Source of the DNA: Ignicoccus pacificus DSM 13166
Lineage (GTDB): Archaea > Thermoproteota > Thermoprotei_A > Sulfolobales > Ignicoccaceae
Length of the DNA stretch: 32,000 nucleotides
NCBI GenBank assembly: GCA_025340205.1
Contig: CP006868.1
Location: forward strand, 420,001-452,000
Reading direction: 5' to 3'
Each line of letters opens with the position of its first letter. The first letter of the stretch is position 1. The position numbers and the translations under genes were made by a program. This document shows positions 9,170 through 17,412 of the stretch, piece after piece. A model generated the notes under the pieces. That model was not told where the DNA came from, ran no database searches, and worked only from the letters and a program-made list of their open reading frames with translations.

Positions 9170-10381
9170 TTGAGGAACTCCTTGGGTACCGCGTGGACCT
9201 CTACCGCTAACAAGGCCTTGCTTTTGGGATCTGGCGAGCTCGGAAAGGAGGTGGTAATAGAGCTCCAGAGGCTTGGAGTGGAAACGATAGCCGTTGACCG
9301 CTACGACAGAGCTCCGGCCATGCACGTTGCCCACAAGAGGTATACCATCAACATGCTCGATTACAACCAAGTAGTGGACGTGGTGAGGAGGGAGCATCCA
9401 GATGCGGTAATCCCGGAGGTGGAGGCGATAAACCTCGAGGCCTTGGAGGACCTCGAAAAGGAGGGCTACAGAATAATTCCAAACGCGAAAGCAGTAGGAA
9501 TAACGATGAACAGGATAAGGCTCAGGAGGTTCGCTGCAGAGCAAGTGGGGGTTCCGACTACCAAGTACGCATTCGCTACCAACGAGGACGAGGCAGCTGA
9601 GGCTTGTGCGAAGGTGGGCTTCCCTTGCCTCATCAAGCCGGAGATGAGCTCCTCCGGCCACGGTCACACCTTGGCTAGGAGCGAGGAGGAGGCTAGGAAG
9701 GGCTTCGTCGAAGCCATAAAGCATGCAAGGGGAAGGAGTGAGACCGTAATAGTGGAGGAGTTCGTCGAGATCGAGACCGAGCTCACCGCGCTCACCTACA
9801 GACACGAAACCGGAAACGGCATAGAAACGGTCCCTCTAATTCCCGTGGAGCACAAGAGGCCCAAGGGAATATACTACTACTACGAATCTTGGCACCCCAC
9901 CACCACTCCTGAGGAGGTAACGAAGAAGGCGCAAGAGATAGCGAAGAAGGTGGTCGAAGCCTTAGGGGGAGTGGGAATCTTCGGCGTTGAGATAATAGTA
10001 ACTAAGGACGGAAGGGTCCTCTTCAGCGAGGTCTCCCCTAGGCCTCACGACACAGGCTTGGTAACTCTAGCCAGCTTGGAGCAGAGCGAGTTCGCTATAC
10101 ACGCGAGGGCGGTAATGGGCCTTCCGGTGCCGGAGCCGAAGCTGGTTACTCCAGCCGCCACTCACGTGATACTAGCTGAGGAAGAGCTGGAGGCTCCTTG
10201 CATCGAGGGAATAGGCGAGGCCTTGAGCGTCCCCCACGTTCAGATAAGGTGGTTCGGAAAGCCCAGAAGCTACAAGGAGAGAAGGATGGGACTGGTAATA
10301 GCGACTGGGGAGAGCGTGGAAGAAGCTCTAAAAAGAGCTAGGGAGGCGGCAGGAAAGGTAAGGGTAGTCAAGTGTAGATAA
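9170..10381 (+). CDS. purT: Formate-dependent phosphoribosylglycinamide formyltransferase (PurT)
   Basis: LLLGSGELGKEVVIELQRLGVETIAVDRYDRAPAMHVAHKRYTINMLD; ATP-grasp motifs CLIKPEMSSSGHGH and VLFSEVSPRPHDTGLVTL. Confidence 0.96.
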   Translation: MRNSLGTAWTSTANKALLLGSGELGKEVVIELQRLGVETIAVDRYDRAPAMHVAHKRYTINMLDYNQVVDVVRREHPDAVIPEVEAINLEALEDLEKEGYRIIPNAKAVGITMNRIRLRRFAAEQVGVPTTKYAFATNEDEAAEACAKVGFPCLIKPEMSSSGHGHTLARSEEEARKGFVEAIKHARGRSETVIVEEFVEIETELTALTYRHETGNGIETVPLIPVEHKRPKGIYYYYESWHPTTTPEEVTKKAQEIAKKVVEALGGVGIFGVEIIVTKDGRVLFSEVSPRPHDTGLVTLASLEQSEFAIHARAVMGLPVPEPKLVTPAATHVILAEEELEAPCIEGIGEALSVPHVQIRWFGKPRSYKERRMGLVIATGESVEEALKRAREAAGKVRVVKCR

Positions 10382-10383
10382 CC

Positions 10384-10728
10384 TCAGACCGCCACCAAGC
10401 CTACCTTCTTTATTGTTCCATCCTTTGGATCTACGTAATAACCCAACCTCTCGAGCGCTTGAACCCCTATTAAGACGTCTAGAGGCAGGCCCTCCACCTC
10501 CTCTACGAACATGCAACTCTCTTCATCGTCTATCTTAACCTTAGCGACGCCTACCCTTACCTTTACCTTTCTTCCGTCAATCGTGGTTCGATACTTTTCC
10601 TCCAAGGGCTTTAAACCTATTTCCTTAGCTACCTTAGGAGAAACCAAGACTTCACCGTTAAAGCCGGTATCGATGAGAGCCTTGTACTTCCTCCCGCTTA
10701 TCTCCACCTCCTTGAAAGCGAGCTTCAA
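10384..10728 (-). CDS. Retropepsin-like (clan AA) aspartic protease-type protein
   Basis: KALIDTGFNGEVLVSPKVAKEIGL, then DVLIGVQALERLGYYVDP. Confidence 0.75.
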   Translation of the reverse strand: MKLAFKEVEISGRKYKALIDTGFNGEVLVSPKVAKEIGLKPLEEKYRTTIDGRKVKVRVGVAKVKIDDEESCMFVEEVEGLPLDVLIGVQALERLGYYVDPKDGTIKKVGLVAV

Positions 10729-10776
10729 CTTTCAGATCCTTCTATCGTTAAGCCCTTAGCTTTCAATAGCTTTGAG

Positions 10777-11505
10777 CTATTGGATCGCTATCTCAGCCTT
10801 GCATCTGTTCAAGCCTTCGGTGACGCTCAAGTACAGCGTCTTCGGTGTGGCGTTACTTGGTATGACGAACATAACCGTTCCCTCGACGCTGGCCCCCGGC
10901 GGCACTTGCTGTAGCGCCGAAAGAGGTTCGTAGACCAAGGCGCTGGCGACCCTCTCCTCGAAGAGGAAATTCAGCTTCAAGAGCGTTGCCTCTCCATAGC
11001 TCATCCCGTCCTCCGTTATCAAGCTCCAAGATGCTATGAAGTAGTGGGAGTCTTGATCTAAGTTGGTTGCCCTAACCTTGAACATAATTACCTTGTACCC
11101 CGGAGGGGCCTTGTAGTAGCTTCCCTGATAGTAGACGTACCTTCCCTCTTCGGGAGCGCTTATCCCTATCTGCCAATAGCCTAGCTTGAAGGTGCTGGGT
11201 GCTTGGGCGGTTACGAAGCACTGGGAAGAGGCTCCGTGAGATGACAGCGCTGAGAGCACGACAAGCGCCGTCGCTATCACCGTCAGCGTGTTGAAGAGCG
11301 CTAGTCCGGAGAACACTGTAGTTATTATTCCAAGCGCCTTCACCGAGGTCCTCTTCTCGCTCTTCGATATCATAGCTATTCCGAGCAACAACGCTATTAT
11401 CTGTAGGAAGAGAGTGATCCAAGCGTTGTAGTACAAGGTGGCTGCGGAGAACAGCAACAAGAGCAGCGAAAGCACGAAGAGCACCACAGCTGCCCAGACC
11501 TTCAC
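10777..11505 (-). CDS. Membrane protein: N-terminal transmembrane cluster and predicted extracellular beta-rich domain
   Basis: Hydrophobic segments AAVVLFVLSLLLLLFSA, ITLFLQIIALLLGIAMI, LGIITTVFSGLALFNTLTVIATALVVLSAL, then a soluble domain. Confidence 0.6.
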   Translation of the reverse strand: MKVWAAVVLFVLSLLLLLFSAATLYYNAWITLFLQIIALLLGIAMISKSEKRTSVKALGIITTVFSGLALFNTLTVIATALVVLSALSSHGASSQCFVTAQAPSTFKLGYWQIGISAPEEGRYVYYQGSYYKAPPGYKVIMFKVRATNLDQDSHYFIASWSLITEDGMSYGEATLLKLNFLFEERVASALVYEPLSALQQVPPGASVEGTVMFVIPSNATPKTLYLSVTEGLNRCKAEIAIQ

Positions 11506-11637
11506 ACTAACACCACGTTAAGGAAGCATAAATATTTAATCGGCATTTACTTTACAATAAAAGTAAAGAGTTCAATGCACTAATTCGTAGGAGCTTCCCC
11601 CTTACCTCGAAAATGTGAAAAGAATTCCTTTCCCGAA

Positions 11638-12108
11638 GTGAAGGGCTTGAACTTGATATGCGGAGCGGATGAGAGCTACTTCTCCGGAACGCTCTGCCTC
11701 TCCTTAGTTTGTGCTGAATGTGGGAGCGTGAACTGCTTGTCTGAACTGGTATCAAGGATAATGAGGGAATACAAGCTGAAGAAAGAGGTGAAGGGGAGCG
11801 AGGTCAGCAAACTAGCCAAGAAGAAGGGTAAGTGTCACGAGCTCAAGAAAACGATCATAGAAGAGCTCGAATATTATTCGGTAGCGTGCATAAAAGTCGA
11901 GAAGGGAAAGGAAGGAGAGATCAAGGAGGTACTGCTGAGGAGCTTGTTAGAACCTTTGGGAGAGGTTAAGGTTTACGCGGACTTCTCCGTTATCAGGGGC
12001 GACAGGAGGAAGAGGGTGGGAAAGGCTTTGGTGTTTCCGAGACCCAGCCACACCGTTCCGTTGATCCAAATCGCTGACCTTTTGATTCATTTGATGAGGA
12101 AGTGCTGA
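11638..12108 (+). CDS. Compact DUF3800-like protein
   Basis: N-terminal GADES, mid KGSEVSKLAKKKGKCHELKK, KVYADFSV, C-terminal VPLIQIADLLIHLMRK (DUF3800 'IQxADL' signature). Confidence 0.65.
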   Translation: MKGLNLICGADESYFSGTLCLSLVCAECGSVNCLSELVSRIMREYKLKKEVKGSEVSKLAKKKGKCHELKKTIIEELEYYSVACIKVEKGKEGEIKEVLLRSLLEPLGEVKVYADFSVIRGDRRKRVGKALVFPRPSHTVPLIQIADLLIHLMRKC

Positions 12109-12160
12109 GGCTCCCGGTACTTCCCGTCCCCCTTCCGGGGGGGCATCCCCGGGAGACCCT
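12109..12160 (+). other. GC-rich structured element (two-segment hairpin with asymmetric internal loop)
   Basis: CTCCCGG (12111-12117) pairs with CCGGGAG (12150-12156). Inner GTCCCCCC/GGGGGGGC stem (12126-12133 with 12138-12145) closes a TTCC loop. Confidence 0.6.
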
Positions 12161-12229
12161 TCGTGCTTTATCGTATCACAAATCCATAAAAAGTCTTGAG
12201 TACGCAAGAAGTTAACTGCTGGGGAATCA

Positions 12230-12667
12230 ATGTCTTCGAAGAAGGCTTATTTGCTCTGTAAGAGAGCCGAGGAGATGTTTGAGGGCGCTAAGTGGAGGTT
12301 AGAAAGAGGTCACTATGACCTAGCTTGTTTCGAAGCTGAACAAGCGGCCCAGCTCTGGATAAAGTGCTTAGCGTTTGAGCTTTGGAATGAGGCGCCCAGG
12401 TTACATGACCTCAATCAGCTTCTCGGATTTATAATAAGGAAGCTGAGCCTTTCCGGAAAGGAGATATCATCCTTCGTAGATAAGTTTAGGCAAATGAGGA
12501 AGGATCTGTGGTTTCTCTCAGAAAGCTATTATGAGGCTAGGTATGAAGAAGTCGAATACGGGTCGGAAGAAGGAGAGAGGTGTCTAAGGATTGCAGAGAA
12601 GGTAAGAAAGCTCGTGGAAGAGGTGAGGAGGGCTGCGCGCGGAGGAGTACATGATATATCGGCTTAG
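12230..12667 (+). CDS. HEPN-domain protein (HEPN/MNT pair)
   Basis: LCKRAEEMFEGAKWRLERGHYDLACFEAEQAAQLWIKCLAFEL...HDLNQLL; followed by an overlapping MNT gene. Confidence 0.88.
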   Translation: MSSKKAYLLCKRAEEMFEGAKWRLERGHYDLACFEAEQAAQLWIKCLAFELWNEAPRLHDLNQLLGFIIRKLSLSGKEISSFVDKFRQMRKDLWFLSESYYEARYEEVEYGSEEGERCLRIAEKVRKLVEEVRRAARGGVHDISA

Positions 12668-12980
12668 AGAGCTTATGAGGTGGAAGGAAGTAGCAAAGAA
12701 GATTGCTGAGGCGGCTAAGGAAGTCCTCGGAGACACTGAGGTCTACGTGGTGGGCGGAATTGCAGAGGGTCGCTTTACTGCGGCCAGTGATCTGGATATC
12801 CTAATAGTTTCAGACAAGGTGCCTTCAACCTCAAAGAAGATATGGCTGAAGGTGGAGATTAGGGAAAAGGCCTTCCAAAAGGGAGTTCCTCTTGACTACC
12901 CCTTGAACCTCCATATGTACAACAAAAAGGACTTCAAGGAAGTAAAGGAATACTACAAGAAGATGATTAGAGTTGATTAA
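12651..12980 (+). CDS. Minimal nucleotidyltransferase (MNT), partner of the upstream HEPN gene
   Basis: VYVVGGIAEGRFTAASDLDILIVSDK; 17-nt overlap with the HEPN ORF. Confidence 0.88.
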   Translation: MIYRLRELMRWKEVAKKIAEAAKEVLGDTEVYVVGGIAEGRFTAASDLDILIVSDKVPSTSKKIWLKVEIREKAFQKGVPLDYPLNLHMYNKKDFKEVKEYYKKMIRVD

Positions 12981-13384
12981 GCGGTAGCTTCGACGGGTCT
13001 GGATACCTTCAGCTCCTCCCTATATCCCAACACCTTTTCCACTGCCTTCCTATTTACTTGAACGAAGGTCTCCCACCTCTCCGCAACCTTCAGGAACTCC
13101 TCTCTCCCGGTCTCCTCATAGAGCCTTCTAGCATCTTCCGCCAACAGCCTTGCAGCTTCAACTATGGCTAAGACAGTCTTCTGGCTTAGGGTGTCCTTAG
13201 CCGTTATAGCCTCAATTATCATTTGAATGGTTTCCTCGTCTCTCTTGTTGAGCTCCTTCAGTACCTTCCTTATCCCCCTCTCGAGCTTGTCGCTCTTGGA
13301 TATGGCCGAGGCCGCCAGTATCGCTGAGAGGGAGGAGGAGAAGGTAGCTAGGCCTAAACCTATGGTGACCAGGTCTATCTGCAC
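12977..13384 (-). CDS. Small membrane-anchored helical protein, unknown function
   Basis: N-terminal hydrophobic LVTIGLGLATFSSSLSAILAA, then charged helices; convergent to MNT with a 4-nt overlap. Confidence 0.5.
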   Translation of the reverse strand: MQIDLVTIGLGLATFSSSLSAILAASAISKSDKLERGIRKVLKELNKRDEETIQMIIEAITAKDTLSQKTVLAIVEAARLLAEDARRLYEETGREEFLKVAERWETFVQVNRKAVEKVLGYREELKVSRPVEATA

Positions 13385-13432
13385 GTCTTACCCCGGTATC
13401 CCCGCTAGTGCCCTCGAGGCTTTTTAGAGGAG

Positions 13433-14341
13433 TCAGCGGGTGGTGACTACAATTCCGTCCTCCTTTACGAAGATGGTGTGCTCCCATTGAGCCACCTCTC
13501 CCTTCCTAGCCTCCAAGAGTATTGGGTAATCTATTACCAATCCCTTCTTCGCCATCTTCATTAACATTTCGTGAAGCTTCTGGTAAGGGTAGACGTCCAC
13601 GAGCCACCTAGGAGAGAAGGGGAGCGTCTTGAACCTTTCCTCAATGATCTCAAGCAAGTGCTTCTCCTCCTCGGTAGCCTTGCTGAGAGCGCCTCTCGGA
13701 GGCCTTGGATGGAGGGAGAAGATGGTAACGATCTTTCCCTCTACCACGTACCCAGCTCCATCCGTCCCGAAGGGCTCTATCGCGTAGGCCTTTCCCACCT
13801 CCAAGCGGTAGGGAAGCCTTTCAGGAACGTTTGGAATGCTCACTCCCGAGTGGACTATGTAAGGGGCTAGGCCGTGGCCTCCCAAGTTCCTTATGGGTTT
13901 GAACCCCTTCGACTTTATGGCATAATTTATGGTCGTACCTATAGCTGAGACAGGCAAGTGGGGCTTGGCCCTCTCCAAGGCCTTCTCCAGCGCCTCCTTT
14001 ACCGCCTCGGAGAGCCTCTCCCTCTTCCTGCTGTCGTCCAAGAGCACGCTTATGGCCGAATCCGCTATCCTCCCTTGAACGTGGGAGCCCAAGTCCAGCT
14101 TTACTATTCCTTTATCAGGGAGCTTCTTGGTGTCCTCTGGGATAGGGGAGTAGTGAGCGGCCTCATAACCGACGCTCAAGTTGCAAGGGAACGCCGGCCC
14201 GTCGGAGAGCTTCCTTATTATTGACTCCACCTCCTCACATATTTCCAAGACGGAGGCTCCGGGTCTTATGAGCTCCCTTCCCCTCTCCAAAGCCCTTCTT
14301 ACCGCCTCTCCGGCCTTTAGGTAGAGCTCCAGCTCTTCCAA
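13433..14341 (-). CDS. map: Type II methionine aminopeptidase
   Basis: FPCNLSVGYEAAHYSP, GIVKLDLGSHVQGRIADSA, NLGGHGL, YAIEPFGTDGAG, EVAQWEHTIFV. Confidence 0.95.
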   Translation of the reverse strand: MEELELYLKAGEAVRRALERGRELIRPGASVLEICEEVESIIRKLSDGPAFPCNLSVGYEAAHYSPIPEDTKKLPDKGIVKLDLGSHVQGRIADSAISVLLDDSRKRERLSEAVKEALEKALERAKPHLPVSAIGTTINYAIKSKGFKPIRNLGGHGLAPYIVHSGVSIPNVPERLPYRLEVGKAYAIEPFGTDGAGYVVEGKIVTIFSLHPRPPRGALSKATEEEKHLLEIIEERFKTLPFSPRWLVDVYPYQKLHEMLMKMAKKGLVIDYPILLEARKGEVAQWEHTIFVKEDGIVVTTR

Positions 14342-14395
14342 GCTTGACCCTAAGGAGGATGGGAGGGACTAATTGTAAGGGTTTGGTTCAAAAGG

Positions 14396-14980
14396 TTAGA
14401 AGGGGAGGCTTCCCTCCTCCCAGTAGCTCATCATTCCCCTTCTCTTTATGCTCCTCATGGCGGTCTCCAAGTGCCTGTAGACAGTTGCGTGCATCTTCCC
14501 CTCTAGAAGCTCTCCTATGGCCCTCTTGGCGGCTTCAGCGCTCTCGTAGTCGCCGATTATCGCTATCTGTCCTTTGGTTATGCTCAAGTAAACGCCGGCT
14601 ATCTCCTCGATGTTCTTCTTCGCCCTTCCTCCCTTTCCTATGACCCTTCCCAAGAGCCTTCTCAAGGTCTTCTCGTCATGATGATCCAAGAGGTAATCCT
14701 TGACATCTATTACCTCCAGGATCATATCATCTGAGAGAAGGGAGAGGGCCTTCTCCGGGGGGAAGCCCAAGCCTATCGCCCTAACTATCTCCCTGGCCTT
14801 CATCATCATAATTGGAGTGGTCTCCTCGGTCGGCTCAATTACTACCCTTCCCCCCTCCTCGACTTGAATCTTGGTTTTAGTCCTTTCCATTATTTCCTTG
14901 AGGGTTCGCTTGCCTTTGCCCAAAAGGGCCCCGACCCTCTCCTGAGGAATGATCAAGTAAAACTTCATCTGACTCGTCAA
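14396..14980 (-). CDS. Archaeal KH-domain RNA-binding protein (Dim2/Pno1/Krr1-like)
   Basis: ERVGALLGKGKRTLKEIMERTKTKIQVEEGG and GRVIGKGGRAKKNIEEIAGVYLSI (two KH domains), ending AMRSIKRRGMMSYWEEG. Confidence 0.87.
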   Translation of the reverse strand: MTSQMKFYLIIPQERVGALLGKGKRTLKEIMERTKTKIQVEEGGRVVIEPTEETTPIMMMKAREIVRAIGLGFPPEKALSLLSDDMILEVIDVKDYLLDHHDEKTLRRLLGRVIGKGGRAKKNIEEIAGVYLSITKGQIAIIGDYESAEAAKRAIGELLEGKMHATVYRHLETAMRSIKRRGMMSYWEEGSLPF

Positions 14981-15115
14981 GGATCTGCACCCGGAGGCGT
15001 TAGTCTACTTGGAAGGCGGTCATATAAGTTTGAGCTTTTATCTTTATTGCACGCTGAGTCTGTGTGAACGTTAAAGTATTCAAACTTTAATCCTCCAAGA
15101 CCTTACACCTCCAAT

Positions 15116-15431
15116 GCCGTGAGGCCGCTGGCGGCTACGGGCCCGTAAGGGCCTGAGGAAGCTCCACCCTCCCCGCGGTCCGGGGTCCCGCGAGGGACCG
15201 GGTTGAGAGCCCGGGCTCCGGCACAGAAACGAGACCCGGCCCGGGAAGCTAGGAAGGAGATGGGCTCCCGGCGACGGGGCCCTATCCGGAGCGATGAACC
15301 GGGTTCGGGCTGAAACGGCCGTTCCCCCGGGGCGCAAGGCGCGGGGCCGATGCCGGCCGCGGAAGGCCCCCGAGGTCCGCTTAGCCAAATGCCGCCGAAG
15401 TACAGAAGGTGGGCTACAGCGGCCTCACGGC
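15116..15431 (+). ncRNA. rnpB: RNase P RNA
   Basis: Perfect 15-bp terminal helix GCCGTGAGGCCGCTG (15116-15130) / CAGCGGCCTCACGGC (15417-15431). Conserved-like segments CTGAGGAAGCTCCACC, ACAGAAAC, GTTCGGGCTGAAACGG, ACAGAAGGTGGGCTAC. A TATA-like aactttaatc lies about 25 nt upstream. Confidence 0.93.
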
Positions 15432-15531
15432 TCCACTTCTCTAGTAATATAAGCTTACATTAGCGTTTTCCCTTGTAACTTTCTCTCAAATTTAAAATTG
15501 AGAGATAAGATCTCTTATACGGGATGGTCTC

Positions 15532-17412
15532 ATGAGAGGGAAAGTGGCTTTACTGCTGCTCCTCCTAATGGTAGCAGTTAAGGCCGGCTGGGTACTATGG
15601 GTCGAGAATCCCAACAGCGTTACCTTAAGGGACTTTCAAGTGAGGGTAAAGCTCCCGGCAGAGCTCGACGGAATGCCTATCTCGATAACGTACAACGGAA
15701 AGCCAGTTCCCTTCTGCTATGAGACGTTCACGGGGGAGTGCAAGAGCGATCCCAACATGGGGAACGGCTACATTTGGGTGAAGGTGCCCTACATACCAGC
15801 CAACGGCAAGGTTATACTAAAGGTCAACGAAGGGTACAACGGCGCTACGAGCGGTGAGGAGGTCTTCGACTTCTACGAAGACTTCGATGAATATTCCAGC
15901 GGACCGCTGAGCAGCAACTACAAGTGGACGGTGAGCAGATATGCGAACGACTACTCTCACGAGTGCGTAATAGATAACGGAGTGCTCTGGCTGGTCAAGA
16001 GTTCTATAAAGAGAGGATGCAATATCATGGCCAACAACTTCAAGCTGAAGTACTACTCGAAAGCAGTGATAGAGTTCAGCTTCCTGGTTGACTACTACAA
16101 GGGTTACGTGAACGACGGAGATGGGTTAACGATAGTGATAGACGGTAAGAGCAACAAGCCTTGGTACGGGTGTTCCAGCGGCTTCTACTACCAGAACCAA
16201 GGAATAGATATAAACATCAACACCGATCAATGGAGCACTGGCTCAGTTAGCATAAGCAAGACCCCGGAGGCTTGCTCCATAGGCTGGGACGACCTCTCCT
16301 TTGCCTACGCCAGCCCCAAGAAGCACAACTTGGATTACGGAATAGTGAAGGTAACCCTAACTGGAAGCGAAGTAATAGTGAGCTATAAGGACATGGATCC
16401 AATAGACGGATTCGTCAAGGTAACCATAAGGAGGTCCGTCTGGAACCCCTACGGCAACGGCTACTTCATGATAGGAGCTGGCGACGGATGGAGCAGCGGG
16501 AACAATCCCGATTCCTCCCATGGAATAGACTGGATCAGGGTGAGGAAGTACGCCCCGAAGGAGCCCGAGGCGATGATAGTGAAGGAAGTGGAGCCGGTAA
16601 CGGTTACTAGAGTAGTGACCACTACTAAGACCGTGTTGGTCCCCTTAACTTACGTGGTGACCAAGTACGTAGTTACTACTATTCCGAGGTACGTCCCAAT
16701 AACCGTAAGGGTTCCAACTTACATAACGATAACTAGCTACATTCCAAAGCTTACAACCATAACTACGACAGCATGGTACACCACGACAGTAACCAAGGGC
16801 TACACGGTAACTAAGTTCGTACCGATAGTGATAAACAACGTGGTAACTAAGTACGTAACGCTCAGAGACACTATAACTGTGACCAAGGAGACTACTATCA
16901 TACTGACCAGCTTGACCACCACCACGGTGACCAAGTGGGTTCAAGTGCCTCAGCCTTACCCGGTGCCCTACGTAGTGACCCTCACCACTACGAAGGAGAT
17001 AACGGTGACTAGCCCCACTACCATCTACTTGTACAGATTCTTACCGACTACGGTAACGACCACCACTACGGTAACTATCCCAACGACCTCAGTAGTCACC
17101 AGCGATGAAGTAATAACGGTCCCGACCTACGTGGTGCTCACCCAAACGGTGCTTACTCCGATATACATTACGTCCTACATATTCAAGACGACGACAACTG
17201 TAGTAACGCAGTGGATAACGAAGACCTTGTATAGTACCGTCTACACAGCTACCACTACTATCTACACCATAGCTAACGTGGTATCCACCAGCACGATAAC
17301 CAAGTACATAATTGAAACAGTAACCGTGGCCAAGATACCGGCTCCAGCGCTTCTGGGCTTGTTAAGTTACCTACTCTTCAGAAGAAAGAAGAGAGGCGAC
17401 GTCTCTGACTAG
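15532..17412 (+). CDS. DUF2341-containing secreted surface protein with Thr/Val-rich stalk and C-terminal membrane anchor
   Basis: N-terminal signal KVALLLLLLMVAVKAGWVLW; WVENPNSVTLRDFQVRVKLP...GNGYIWVKVPYIPANGKVILKV; long TTxVTVTK-type region; C-terminal LLGLLSYLLFRRKKRG. Confidence 0.8.
   Translation: MRGKVALLLLLLMVAVKAGWVLWVENPNSVTLRDFQVRVKLPAELDGMPISITYNGKPVPFCYETFTGECKSDPNMGNGYIWVKVPYIPANGKVILKVNEGYNGATSGEEVFDFYEDFDEYSSGPLSSNYKWTVSRYANDYSHECVIDNGVLWLVKSSIKRGCNIMANNFKLKYYSKAVIEFSFLVDYYKGYVNDGDGLTIVIDGKSNKPWYGCSSGFYYQNQGIDININTDQWSTGSVSISKTPEACSIGWDDLSFAYASPKKHNLDYGIVKVTLTGSEVIVSYKDMDPIDGFVKVTIRRSVWNPYGNGYFMIGAGDGWSSGNNPDSSHGIDWIRVRKYAPKEPEAMIVKEVEPVTVTRVVTTTKTVLVPLTYVVTKYVVTTIPRYVPITVRVPTYITITSYIPKLTTITTTAWYTTTVTKGYTVTKFVPIVINNVVTKYVTLRDTITVTKETTIILTSLTTTTVTKWVQVPQPYPVPYVVTLTTTKEITVTSPTTIYLYRFLPTTVTTTTTVTIPTTSVVTSDEVITVPTYVVLTQTVLTPIYITSYIFKTTTTVVTQWITKTLYSTVYTATTTIYTIANVVSTSTITKYIIETVTVAKIPAPALLGLLSYLLFRRKKRGDVSD

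Noticed and set aside
9164-9805. 213-aa minus-strand ORF opposite purT
   Set aside because: Antisense to strongly conserved PurT; no recognisable domain.
12109-12160. H/ACA guide RNA interpretation of the GC-rich element
   Set aside because: No ACA at the expected 3' position and no clear K-turn; kept only as an unclassified structure.
15080-15388. 102-aa minus-strand ORF
   Set aside because: Arg/Pro-rich shadow ORF lying inside the RNase P RNA gene.
16600-17300. Tandem repeat or mobile-element interpretation of the ACNACN-rich stretch
   Set aside because: The quasi-repetition is explained by the Thr/Val-rich stalk codons; no fixed-length unit repeats exactly.
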